Shown here: positions 14,201 through 26,675 of the stretch, piece after piece
Position numbering within the stretch: the stretch's first letter is position 1
How the letters are laid out: the number at the start of each line of letters is the position of its first letter
From: Sphyrna mokarran
Taxonomy: Eukaryota
NCBI GenBank assembly: GCA_024679065.1
Contig: JAGIQG010000040.1
Location: 8,990,001 to 9,054,000 of the forward strand
Reading direction: 5' to 3'
Length of the DNA stretch: 64,000 bases
Position numbers and translations under genes: made by a program
The notes under the pieces: generated by a model
What the model was told of the DNA's origin: nothing
Seen by the model: only the letters and a program-made list of their open reading frames with translations
Databases searched by the model: none

Positions 14201-15445
14201 CTTACTAACCTCATTGAGTTTTTTGAAAAAGTGACCAAAGAGGTGGATGGGGTAAGGCGGTTGATGTGGTATATATGGACTTTAGTAAGGCATTCAATAA
14301 GGTGTCCCATGGAAGGCTTCTGCAGAAAATGCAGATGTATGGGATAGAGGGTGATTTAGCTAATTGGGTTAGGAATTGGCTAGCAGATAGAAGACAGAGT
14401 GTGGTGGTTGATGGGAGATATTCATCGTGGAGTTCGGTGACAAGTGGTGTGCCTCAGGGTCTGTTTTGGGGCCCCTGCTGTTTGTAATTTTTATAAATGA
14501 TCTGGATGAGGGTATTGAGGGATGGATCAGTAAATTTGCAGATGACACTAAAGTCGTTGGAGTGGTAGATAGTGAAGAGGGGTGTTATAGTTTACAGAGT
14601 GACTTGGACAAGTTGCAGAGCTGGGCCGAGAGGTGGCCAATGGAGTTTAATGTGGAAAAGTGTGAGGTAATGCACTTTGGCAGGAACAATAAATGTGTAG
14701 AGTATAGGGCCAATGGTAGGGCTCTTCATAGTGTTGAGGAACAGAATGATCTTGGTGTATGTGTCAATAGATCCCTGAAAGTAGGCAGTCAAGTGGATAA
14801 AGTTGTTAAGAAGGCTTAGGGAGTCTTAGCTTTTATTGGTAGGGGGATTGAATTTAGGAGCCGCAGCATCATGTTGCAACTGTACAAAACTCTAGTGGGG
14901 CCGCACTTGGAGTAGTGTGTGCAGTTCTGGTCCCCACATTATAAGAAAGATGTGGAGGCATTGGAGAGGGTACAGAGGAGGTTTACCAGGATGTTGCCTG
15001 GTATGGAGGGCAGGTCCTATGAAGAGAGGTTGAAGGATTTGAGGTTGTTTTCGTTAGAAAGGAGTCGGCTAAGGGGGGATCTTATTGAAGCATATAAGAT
15101 AATTAGAGGTTTGGATAGGGTGGACAGTGATAGCCTTTTTCCTAGGATGGAGAAAGCTAGCACGAAGGGACACAACTTTAAATTAAGGGGTATGAGTTAT
15201 AGGACGGATATCAGAGGTAGGTTCTTTACTCAAAGAGTGATGAGGGAGTGGAATGCCCTGCCTGCAGCTGTTGTAGAGGCGCCAAGTTTGGTGGCGTTTA
15301 AGAGGTTAGTTGATAAGTATATGGATGAGAAGTGAATGGTTTAGTTAGGAGGGGCATTGCTTTTTATTTTGGTCGGCACAACATCGAAGGCCGAAGGGCC
15401 TGTTCTGTGCTGTATTGTTCTATGTTCTTGTTCTATGTTCTATAT
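11225..15445 (+). mobile_element. Near full-length CR1 LINE (ORF1 + ORF2, frameshifted)
   Basis: ORF1 has CxxC zinc-finger-like start, coiled coil and GDSI/GTHD/DGLHLN SGNH esterase motifs (11543-12466). ORF2 has APE endonuclease (NARS, SETW, GDFN, SDHN) and RT (GVPQG, FADD). (TTCTATG)n tail. Multiple frameshifts and stops. Confidence 0.95.
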
Positions 15446-15566
15446 GGAAGAGAAGGGAATGGTTTAGTTTGGAGGGGCATTGCTTTTTATTTTGGTCGGC
15501 ACAACATCGAAGGCCGAAGGGCCTGTTCTGTGCTGTAATGTTCTATGTTCTATGTTCTATGTTCTA
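15446..15566 (+). mobile_element. Second CR1 3' end appended to the first tail
   Basis: ~120-bp near-duplicate of the 3' UTR with its own (TTCTATG)n tail. Confidence 0.85.
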
Positions 15567-15574
15567 AAATAAAA

Positions 15575-15870
15575 CCATTGGCCCATCGAGCCTGGACCGA
15601 CTCAATCCTACACAGGCCCTATTCCCGTTACCCCTCATGCTAACCCTACTAATACTCCTGATACAAGGGTTAATTCAGCGTGGTCAATTAATCTGGCCTG
15701 CAATTGTTCGGACTGCAGGAGAAAACTAGAATAAACCGGAGAAAATCCATACAGACACGGAGAGAAACTGCAAACTTCACACAGACCGTGACCGAGGACG
15801 GAATTGAACTCGGGTCCCTGGCGTTGTGAGGCAGCAGGATTAAACACTGTAACACTGTACTGCCCTTGCA
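15575..15870 (-). mobile_element. tRNA-derived shark SINE (HE1-like)
   Basis: Minus strand has TGCCTCACAACGCCAGGGACCCGAGTTCAATTCC (B box) and GGAGTTTGCA..TTCTCCGTGTCTG core. Related copies at ~3860-4000, 5760-5920, 23430-23900, 28020-28200, 36370-36540, 54150-54450. Confidence 0.75.
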
Positions 15871-16074
15871 CATGTGCAGAGCACTGAAAAGTAATTTATC
15901 ACTTGACGTTGTCCAGTGACTTTCGCAATTTATCAGTCGTTTTTCTTTAACCTGTTACCTCCACTAATTCGGATGGTGATTGATTTGTTGCACTAAAAAG
16001 GATCACGTGTTCCAAACATTACAATCCACCTCCCTCAACCGAATCTCCACTGGATTGGAAAATTTTGAAGACAT

Positions 16075-16630
16075 TGGTGAGGCTACACTTGGATGTTGTG
16101 CACAGTTCTGGTCACCCTATTATAGAACGGATATTATTAAACTAGAAAGAGTGCCAAAAAGATTTACGAGAATGCTACAAGGGCTCGATAATTTGAGTTG
16201 TGAGGAGAGACTGGATAGACTGGGATAGACTTCATTTTCTCCGGAGAATAGGAGGCTTGGGGGATTCTTATAGATGTCTGCACAGTAATAAGGTGCATAG
16301 ATCAGATAGGTAGTGAATATCTTTGTCCAGTGGTAGAGGAGTTTAAGTCTAGAAGGCATAGATTTAATATGAGAGTGGAGTGATACAAAATGGTTCGGAA
16401 GGGATATTGTTTCACACAGAAGTGTCTGGAACAGGCTGCCAGAATTAGTGTTAGAGGGGTACAATTTTGTCTTTTATAAAGAGTTTTGACAGTTACATGG
16501 GTAGGGATCCGTAGAGAGGTATATGGTCCAAATGTGGGAAATTGGGACAAGCTTCGTGATTAATAAAAAGGCGGCATGGACAAGTTAGGCCGAAATGCTT
16601 GTGTCCATGCTTAAACAACTATGACTCTAC
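16075..16630 (+). mobile_element. Old CR1 3' fragment
   Basis: 'CAQFWSPYYRTDIIKLERVPKRFTRMLQGL' and a degenerate tail. Confidence 0.8.
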
Positions 16631-17101
16631 GACAGAAGAAGAAGAAAGAAAAGAGTTATCTTAGTTCACTTGTTCCTGGTTGCTCGGGAATTGAATTCAC
16701 CAGATAAATTTGGAAGGGCTAATGGTTGCAGTACAGCATAAAGGTCAAGCACAGCACTAAAGCAAAAGTTAAATCACACAAAACACCAAAGATTATCGAG
16801 AAGACAGAGGATTTAGACGTATTTAAACGCGAGCAGAAGACATCTAAAAAAAGGATGGAGAAGATGAAATATGAGTGTAATCTAGCTAGTCATATAAAAT
16901 CAGACATAGCGATTTTTTCAATATAGAAAAAAACAAAAAAATGCAAAAATTGTCATTGGGCCACAGGAAAATTGGTCTGGAGAAGTAATAATAGGAAACA
17001 AAGCAATGGCAAGGGAACTGAATAGTTACTTAGCATTAGTCTTCATGGTGGAAGACATCAGTGAAATATGAGATCTCCAGAAGATTCCAGGGACAAGGTA
17101 A

Positions 17102-17788
17102 TGTCGTGGTTCCCCAGGACGACAATGTACTTTTAGCTTGTTGAATGAGAGTCTGAGCCTTGATTTTCCAGGAAGTGAGACTTTATTCTCCAGTACACGA
17201 GAATAAAGCCGGGATGTCTGGAACAGTCCAGTGAAATGCTCACTTACAGCTTGTCTTATACAGTTTGCAGATACATGCCCTGAGATTCTTATCTCATCCT
17301 CAAGGCTAGCTATCTTTAACCACCATTAGTGCTGGCTCTGCTAATAATTTACCTTGTCGTGGAGTGGTCACTAATCGATGCATTTACTACTCTGTGAAAC
17401 CAGTTTGTTTATACAACAGTTCCAACCTTTGCCCTCATCCCATTAACGTTGTTTATACACAATGGTGGCTTAGCTAGACTTTAAACTAAGTGACAAAGAG
17501 AATATATGTACCCCATCCCTGTTTTCTGGGCCATAATGTGACCATTGTTTCCCAAGGTTTAAATGCCTACAGCTGCTTACACTCAATGTTTAATAAATGC
17601 TTACCATTCCTGATTCTAACACATTAGCCACCATACATTCAATTACATTAATTAACATACTGGGCTCATTATATTCCAACATCCTGCCCATCACATGTTG
17701 ATGTGACTATAGGTCACATTTTACTGCTGCTACTACAAATATTCTCTCACACACATTTTCCTGCTGTTACTACAAATATTCTCTTACA
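17102..17788 (-). mobile_element. Solo LTR (ERV1- or Gypsy-type)
   Basis: 687 bp with TG...CA termini, 4-bp TSD GTAA on both sides (17098-17101, 17789-17792), minus-strand AATAAA near 17181, and a ~40-bp internal tandem at 17715-17788. Confidence 0.7.
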
Positions 17789-18217
17789 GTAACTGCAGTC
17801 ATCACTAAGGAGAAGGTTCTGGGGAAATTGAAAGGTAAGAAGGTGGATAAATTACCTGAACCGGAAGGACTACACCATAGTATTCTAAAAGAGGTAACTG
17901 AGGAAATTATGGAGGTATTGCCGGTATTCTTTCAGAAATCACCAAAAGCAGGGAGTATACCACATGACTGAAAAGCAGCAAATGTAACACCACTGTTTAA
18001 GAAGAGAGGGAGGCAGCAGATGAGAAATTATAGGTCCGTTGGCCTGACTTCAGTCATTGGCAGACTTAAAATTCCATTATTAAAAATGAGATTGCAGAGT
18101 ATGTGGAATTGCATGACAAAGTAGAAAAGAAACAGCACAGTTTTAATAAGGCGAGGTAATATGCGGCAAACTCTTTGAGAAGGTAACAAGGAAATTAGAT
18201 AAATGAGAGCCAGTGGA

Positions 18218-18567
18218 CATAGAACATAGAACATTACAGCACAGAACAGGACCTTCGGCCTTCGATGTTGCGCCGACCAATATAAAAAGCAATGACCATC
18301 CAAACTAAACCACTCCCTTCTCTTCCATATACTTATCAACTAACCTTTTAAACGCCACCAAACTTGGCGCATCTACAACTGCTGCAGGCAGGGCATTCCA
18401 CTCCGAACCACCCTTTGGGTAAAGAACCTACCTCTGATATCCGTCCTATAACTATCACCCCTTAATTTAAAGCTGTGTCCCCTCGTGCTAGCTTTCTCCA
18501 TCCGAGGAAAAAGGCTATCACTGTCCACCCTATCTAAACCTCTAATCATCTTATATGTTTCGATAAG
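18218..18567 (-). mobile_element. Young 5'-truncated CR1 3' end
   Basis: Reverse complement of the CR1 3' end, with (CATAGAA)n tail at the left. Confidence 0.9.
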
Positions 18568-21068
18568 GTATATTCAGAATTCCAAAGGCATCTGACAAGA
18601 TGCCAAATAGGAGACTGTTAAATAAGTTAAGTGCACATGGTGTTAAGGATAAGATCCTGGCATGGATAGAGGAATTGATTGATTGGCAGAAGGCAGAGAG
18701 TAGGGACAAATGATGTCTTTCTTAGGATGGCAGCCAGTGCTTAGTGATGTGCCTCAGGGGTCAGTGCTGGGACCACAACTTTTCACAGTATGCATTAACG
18801 GTTTGGAGGAAGTAACGAAATGCACCACTGTAAGTTTGCAGATAATACAAAAATATGTAGAGGGACAGGTAGTATTGAAGAAGCGGGGGGCTGCAGAAGG
18901 ACTTGGATAGGTTAGAGAGTGAGCAAATATATGTCAGCTGGAATACAAGTAGAAAACTATGAGGTTATTCACTTGGAAGGAGGAATGCAGGCATAAACTA
19001 TTTTCTGAATAGGAAAATGCTGAGAAAATCAAGAACACGTAGGGACTTGGGAGTCATTAGTCAAGATTCTCTTAAGGTTAAAGTGCATGTTCAGGAAGGC
19101 AAATGCAATGTTAGCATTCATGTCGAGGCGGTTAAAAGAACATGGGCAGTGATGTAATTCTGAAGATGTATAAGGCTCTAGTCAGACGCAATTGGAGTAT
19201 TGTGAGCAGTTCTGAACCCCTTACCTAAGGAAGGATGTGTTGGCCTTGGATAGTGTCCAGTCGAGGTTCACAAAAACGATTCCTGGAATAAAGAGCTCGC
19301 TGTATGAGGAACGGTTGAATCCTCTGGATCTGTACTCGTTGGAATTTTGAAGGATGAGGAGGATCTTATTGAAATTTTCAGGATACTGCGAGGCCTGGAT
19401 AGAGTTGGTGTGAAGAGGATGTTTCCACTGAAAGAGAGAGAGAGAGAAAATAGAAGCAGAGGGCCCAACCTCCGATTAAAGAGACGATCCTTTTTAAAAC
19501 GGAGATGAGGAGGATGTACTTCAGCCAGAGTGTGGTGAATTTGTCAATCTCTTGTCACAGAAGGCTGTGGAAGCCAGGTCATTAGGGGTTGTTAAGTACA
19601 GAAATGGAGAGGTTCTTGATTCATAACGGGAGCAGGCCTACAAGGAAAAGGCAGGAGAATGGGGATGATAAAAATATCAGCCATGATTGAATGGTGGAGG
19701 AGACTCGACGGACCGAGTGGCCTCATTCTGCTCCTATTTCTATGTCTTATGGTCTTATGGTCTTGCATACTGACACAATTGGAATAAAGGACCTGCTTCG
19801 ATCCTTGAAGTAGTAAATCACAAATATCCAAATGCAGAATAGAAAATGTTATCTTCACATCCATCCATCCGCTCACTGATTCCTGAATCAAAACATTCAG
19901 GCATTCAACTATCATTCATCCATGCATTAACGCAAGCATCCCTTTATTTTTGGATAGATGGTGGTGTAATATTAATGCCAGTATGCCAGCATTCTAAAAG
20001 CCCAGGCCAATAATGTAAAGATTAAATCCGACACTGACATCTGATGGAATTTGAATTCAATCAATAAATCTGGAATACATACTGACAGCGACCAGATAAA
20101 CCTCTCTGATTCCCCAATGAAGGAAATCTACCATCTCTACCTGGTCACACCAGGATATGACTGCAGACAGGCAGCAATATAACTAACTGGGCAATGTCTT
20201 CTCTGATGCCCTAGCATACCACTCAGTTCAAGAGAAATTAGGCAAAGGGAATAAATGTTGGTCTTTCCCGAAATTCCCACGTCTCGTGAAAAAAAAAATA
20301 AAGTGAAAGGAAACAGAATCACACATGTTTATGTCGTATAAATTATATCACCCCTCTGAATCAACTCTCACAATCTGCCTGTTTTATGCCCATCCAACAA
20401 TGTTTTGATGGGGAGATCATCATTGTTGCTAACAAGATGCCAGAGAACTGGACACTTTCCTTGGGAAAGAAATGGGAAACATTCATACTTGTCTGCAAAT
20501 TTGAAATAATTAAATTGCCTCCTGAACTGTTGCTGGGTAGATTTGTTTATAAATGGACACATTGACAATGCTGAGTGTTTGAAGTTGGCTTGCAGCCAAG
20601 TGTTCAGTACTTAGGAAACAGATTTTAGATTTACTGAACAAACACCCTCAGATGCTTCCTGTAAATATTTTTGAGCATTTGACAGCAGGTTGGACTGTTG
20701 CCAAATACTGCGTAGGACAGATTAACGTGAATCTTTAAGGATAAAATGGGACTTCATCAGTTATACAATAAATGTTTTATTCCCTAAAGAAAGACACGTT
20801 ATAAATGGTATTTCTTCTAAGCAAATATTTTAAATGAATGCACTGTTCATTATGTAATTAAAAAGTATCGGAAATTAGTCCATTGACTTGATGATCTTTC
20901 ATTTGGATAACTTCCAAACAAATTCTTTTCCAACAGTTAAAGTCTCTTTATGAACAACTTCATGAAGAGCAAGAAAAAATATGTTGATGTCCCCAATCCC
21001 TCAATCCCAAGAGATCAGCGTAAAGGCACAAAAATGAAAATAATTAAAAATAAATAAAAATCACATAT

Positions 21069-21700
21069 CTGCCTTGAACAGCCGGTACACTGGAATATCC
21101 TCAATGTTCTGCACCAAATTAAAAACTTATACCTGACGTACAACATGTTATATTGTCTAGCATTATTTGATTTCGATTATTTAACAGTCCCTCTTATAAC
21201 TGCCAATGAGTGAAATAATGGCCAATCCATAATCTGATTCAGTTGCAGATCAAACATTTATTCTTGTGGTATTGTGTATGATGCCGCAAAGTCCTGATAC
21301 CTTGTATTCCTAACACTAGCTGCTGGCCAATAAAATGAACTGTAATGATTTGGATGCTGAAGGAGATTGCTGCGTCTGTTCTGATTCAATAATTTCTTCG
21401 TCAAATTCAATATCATTTTAATGTTTCACTGTCAACTCAATGCTTAAACGTGGGGGATTCGAATCTGGGTCCTGAGAACATCAGTTGAGTTTGTGGATTA
21501 ATTGCCTAGTGATAATAACGCTAGGCCATTGCTTCCCTTCTTCTTATAACCAGTCCCAAATTACAGTGATAGGTATCCACATCTGAAGTACAATCATCGC
21601 AGCATTAAGTAACATAAATCTAGAATAATTTCTCTAATATTTTTGCTGCGATGTGTTAGAGACACCGCATTATTGCAAATCAGACTGACGTCTTAACCCT
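21069..21700 (+). repeat. Paralogous VH upstream flank (copy of ~27400-28260)
   Basis: Shared blocks: CTGCCTTGAACA, TTCGATTATTTAACA, ATAAC(T/C)GCCAATGAGTG, TATTCTTGTG, GATGCTGAAGGAGA, TTATTGCAAA..AGACTGA. Confidence 0.75.
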
Positions 21701-22120
21701 GACAATGTCATCTGATAATGCCCATTCCCTTGTGAAGGGGTGCAGAAGTAAAGGCACTTAATTTACAATGAAATTGCTTCTTTTCTATAACAGATGCTCA
21801 AATGCAATTTCACCTCTTACATTAGCAGAGCCATGACAATGGATTTCATTGATACTGCCTCGGTGTTAGTCTGTTTCTGGAATGTCGCATTGTCAGCAAT
21901 CAACTCACCGGGAATAATCCTTGAGGTGTTTCTTATATTTTATTTGATTTCATTTGACTTATTATCGCATATTATTGTTTCTTGCGCACTGTATTGTCAG
22001 AGCAGAACGTATATAGGGAAGCATGGGAGAGAGTGAATAATGTAATTTTGCAGTCATAGCTGGGCTGTAAGGAAAGATCAACTTATTGTGACGTAGGCCA
22101 TTCATACGCCTGACTGCAGC

Positions 22121-22764
22121 ATGAAATAAATTATTTTTGAGTCTGTTTGTAAGTTTCCTCAGACTTTTGTATCTTGTTGCCGATGGAAAAAAAGACAGAG
22201 AGTGTATGTCGGGAGATCATGCCATTTTTTTTGCATAGGATTTTAGATATTTTTGCAAGTGTCGAATCGGAGGTTGTGTTGACTCTGCGCCCCTCAGACT
22301 CTTTGAAACTGATCTGCAAAGCCAAAGCGATCAATATTGGCAGTAACTGGATGGTCAGGATCCGACATGTCCTGAACAGTGTTTACAGTGTTTTCTTCAG
22401 TTCGATTGTCTTGGTTCAACCTACAATTCCTCCCCTCAGGAACCCAGAATCTATTTACTCCGCCCAAAGACACTTCAAACAACGTAAAGAGAAAATGCTG
22501 GAAAATCTAAACAAGTCTGGTAGCATCTGTAAGGAGAGAGGAGAGCTTACTTTTCGATTTCAGGTGATCCTTTGTCAAAACTTTGTCAGAAGGTCATCTG
22601 GATTCGAAATGTCAGCTATTTTCTCTCCTCACAGATATTACCAGGCCTGCTGAGATTTTCCAGTATTTTTCTCTTTAGATTTCAATTCCAGAATTCGTAG
22701 TGATTTATTTTTATATTTCTCTTTGGAAATAACTAGAAACCAAAGATTCCCGTCTTTATCCTGT
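22121..22764 (+). pseudogene. IGHV: IgH V pseudogene (decayed leader + V exon split by an insertion)
   Basis: 'VESEVVLT-LRPSDSLKLICKAKAINIGSNWMVRIRHV...KDTSNN' aligns with the intact VH at 28870. Acceptor is mutated to CAA, FR1 has a deletion, frameshifts present. FR3 resumes at ~22713 (TTTCTCTTTGGAAATAAC). No RSS seen. Confidence 0.88.
22486..22712. mobile_element. Palindromic MITE/MER6-like insertion in the VH pseudogene
   Basis: AAAGAGAAAATGCTGGAAAATCT...AGATTTTCCAGTATTTTTCTCTTT, an imperfect ~190-bp hairpin (22486-22676). Confidence 0.75.
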
Positions 22765-25700
22765 CTGTCCGACATAGACTCCAGTTCCACTGTGATGAAA
22801 ATGACTCTCAGCAATTACTGAAATTGCCGAGCAGGCCACTCATTTGTATTAAAGCTGCTGTAGAAAATCAAACAATAAAACCCCGTCTCCAGAAGGCACG
22901 TTTCAACAAGGTGGTTCACAACCGCCTTCTCAGCACTGACAACGAAATGTTAGCTTTCTCAGTGACATCCAGACAATCAATAACAACAGGGTAAAGTGCT
23001 GCCGATTGTGGAAATCTTAAACTCAAACAACACAATTGCTACTCAGCTGGTCAGTGAGCACCAGCAGATAGAGAACCAAATTCACATTTATGATCGATGC
23101 CGGGATGCGAAATCTCATTGATATAATTCTAAAGAGCAAGGCTGTACTCCCCAATATCTTACCTTAATACGGATTCTTCAAACAAAATCACACATTTACT
23201 GACAATTTAACACTTCTCGGTTTGTGGGAGTTTGCTATTCGCAAATTACTTGCTGTATTTGCTTCATGACATCAGTGGCTAAAAACTTCAAAGGTACATC
23301 AGGAAGTTTTAAGAACATGAATTCGTTAAAGTGTTTAATAAATGTAAGCTCTACCGAAATGAAAATTGTAATATGTTGGAAGTGCTGAGATACGAATATA
23401 TTCATTCCTCTGCCTGATCATAACAGCACAGAATCATAGAATCCAGTGCAGTGCAGTAGGAGGCCATTCTGTCCAAGATGTCTGCAGCTGCTCTCCAGCA
23501 GAGCATCCGATCCAGGCTCAGCTTTCACCTCATCCCGACAATCTCACATATTCAGACCCTAATATCCCTAACCTACACTTCGTTGGGCACTAAGGGGCAA
23601 TTTAAAATCGCCAATCCACCTTGGGCCTGGCAAGGATGCCTTGCTGAACAACTGATGCAGATTTGATGGTCCGAATGGTCTTCATCAGCACTGTAGGGAT
23701 TCTGTGATTCTACGTTACTCATACTTGGACTGAAAGGAGCAACTTATCAGACCAATCCACTTAACCCGCACATTCTTCGTCTGTGGAAGAAAATCGGGTC
23801 ACCCTGAGGAAACTCACATGGACATGATAGAATGTGAAAACCACACACAGACAGTCACTCAAGGTTGGAATCGAACCCATTTCCCTGTGACTGTGACGCT
23901 GCTATGCTAATTATATCTGTCAGTGATAAGCACAATGTTTTTTTCATTCTTCCCTCATGTGAGTCTGATTACTATTTGTAACAGGAACATTTCACACATC
24001 GCTTCTCTTTGTTTTAACTTGTCTAGTTGAAGAAAATTGGATCATCGATCAATTTAACATTCAGTGGAATACCAGTCTGTTCACAAATACTTTATTTATT
24101 GTGACATCAGAACTTCCAGAGCAGATTCTTAAATAGAATATATTTATCTATTTAATTAAGTAACATCTGGCGTAATGTATGTTAAAATAGGTTTCTATTA
24201 ATTTTGAATCAAGCCATGATAGTCTGAAAAAAAAACATTATTTTGTGTTGAAACTGATCAATAAGTGACGGTTTATCTGGTTTTGCTGTCATGAACATTT
24301 CATTGTAAACGGCGAAGTGTTTATGTAAATAAATACAAAAATAGAAATCTCAGGTTAGATTGTTGACTGACAAAAACGCAACAAATATTTCCCCACCGAC
24401 ACAGCACAGAAATAGAGACAACCATGCAAATCAATTAACGGATTCCAGAAATGATAGTTATTTCTATATTATTCATTCATCAATTATATGAAGAAAAAAA
24501 TCATGATAATATCTATGTCCGGAATTAAGACAAAAATCACTCTGATCGCCAAATATAATAAGACAAATGTCTTTGTGGAAATTTCCTGTGTTTCATTTCT
24601 CTCTCTGTGCCTTTCTCCTGTCTGGTTCTGTTGTTTGTCTCTTCACGATAGTTCATCGTCTTCACTCCACAACCTGAATTCAATGTTGTCCAATGTATTC
24701 TCTCAGCCAGAGTTAGAAGGAACGCAACGTAAAGAATTAGAATCCACGAGGGGGATTTACTCAAAAAAAGATATATTGATGATTCTAAAATCTTAGGATA
24801 TTTTATGCATTATCCTCTATATCTAATCTGTGTTGTACCTCGTAACAAGTATTCATTGTGGCCTATCAAAAACAAAATCCCTTATTTATCCCTGCCCTTT
24901 TGCTGTTTGACTGGACAGTGTGGGGGAATGTTTACTCTGCATCTAAACTGCCGCGTTTGGCCATTGAATGTTTAATCCGTATCTAATCTCTGCTGTATCT
25001 GAACTAGTATATTTTATGGGACTGCCTGAAGAGCCCTTCCCTCCACTGAACACCAATTCAAACTTGTCTCCTAAATCTCTGTAGGGAAAATGCAGAAGTA
25101 GTTTTACCTAAAAGATATTTCCTTGCCTGTATGCCTTCATTGTGTTTGACCAGACTCTGTACATGGGGTTTTGCTCTGCTTCTAGACAGTCGAGAAGCAG
25201 AGTGAATGTTTTCCAGGAATGTTTGATTTTGATAATGAGAGGCAGATTCACTTTGTATCTAACTCATGCTATCCCTGCCTTGGAAGTGCTATAGTTGGCA
25301 ATGCAGGTGGTATTTTACCCCATGTTACTCCTGCCCTGTAATCTTTGATGCGGAAATAGGCCGTTCCTCCAAATTTCATGGGGACTGAACTGGTCTCTTT
25401 ATTAGACAGTAATTTTACCCCGTGTCAGCTGCTATTATATGAGGTAATGGTTCGTTTATGTTGCACTAGACCCTATCTCTACACATATTAAATGAGATGC
25501 TTTCTCTGATTGTACTTACTTAGACCTGTCCCAGTTTATGTTATACATCAACATGTTTCAGTTCATATTCAACTAGATGCTATATCCGTTTATATCAATT
25601 TAGCCTGTATTTGTTTTATTAAACTAAATGGAATCTTATTTCTGCACTTGACCCTACCCACGTTCATATTTCATTGGACATGGTCCCTGGTTTTACTGCA

Positions 25701-26379
25701 CTTGACAATGTCAGTTTTGAGGAAAGTGTTTGGGGGATATTATTCTCTTCATCCTCCTAAATACGATTCTTGGACACCTGGAAAAGAAACAGTGCTATCT
25801 GAAATCTACTTCTGCTAATTGAAAATGGATACTAAGGCCTGTATATCATGCACTGTCAACACAGAACAAAGGACAAAGAAAGTTACAGCAGAGGAACAGG
25901 GTCTTCAACCCTGCACTGACCAAATATTATTGGTCCAATTTGCCCGTTTCAGAATCTTGCCAAATGCTAGTGTTTCTAGTCAAATATATTATCTCTTCTT
26001 CTTCTAGAACCGCGGGGTAATGCAGGCATAGTACAATCAGAGGTATAGTTCAGTGCAGGAATAACACTGACACAGTCTAATGAAATAGATACAGCGTCAG
26101 GATCAAATATTTCACAACTAGAAAGAGTGCCTAGAGCAATATAAACTGACATTATTAACAGGGTTAGACTCTATTTTAACATAATTAGGGCTCTGGTCAA
26201 ACAAAATTGAAATGGCTTAGCCCCGAGTGTCACGTGGCGACGGTGAAAGGTCAATGCTGATGTTTTCAGTGACACCCACGTACCATGAAAGAAATATTTC
26301 AAATATTTATGACGCTGTCAGGAGAACTGAGACTATGTCTTGTGCAGTTTTACTGGATATAATGATTGGAAGATATAAA

Positions 26380-26675
26380 ATGAAACAGAGCCCAGTAATT
26401 AATGATACTGGACCTAGACTTCTTTAGACTGAGACAGAGAGAAGTTCATCAGTAATAATTACTAATACAGGACAGAAACAGATATAAACTGAGACAAATT
26501 CCAATGTATTTGCAATGACAACTGATACAGGACAAAAACAGATATAAACTGAGACAAAGCTTAGTGTATTTGCAATGATTACTGAAATTGTGCCTAGACT
26601 GATGTAGACAGAAACAGAATTCAGTTTATTTGTAAGAGTTACTGATATTGGACCTCAACTGATACACACTAAGGT
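26380..26675. repeat. Degenerate 60-bp tandem repeat (~5 units)
   Basis: ACT(A/G)ATACAGGACA..AACAGATATAAACTGAGACAAA..TGTATTTGCAATGA repeats with period 60. Confidence 0.75.

Larger units (their letters stand above)
16740..19760 (+). mobile_element. Old fragmented CR1 ORF2 with nested insertions
   Basis: Degenerate KSPGPDG, PLFKKG, VPQGSVLGP and ADDTK motifs. Interrupted by an LTR (17102-17788) and an antisense CR1 3' end (18218-18567). Confidence 0.8.

Noticed and set aside
22786-22830. CACTGTG after the VH pseudogene as an RSS or D segment
   Set aside because: No properly spaced nonamer; the sequence belongs to an interspersed repeat.
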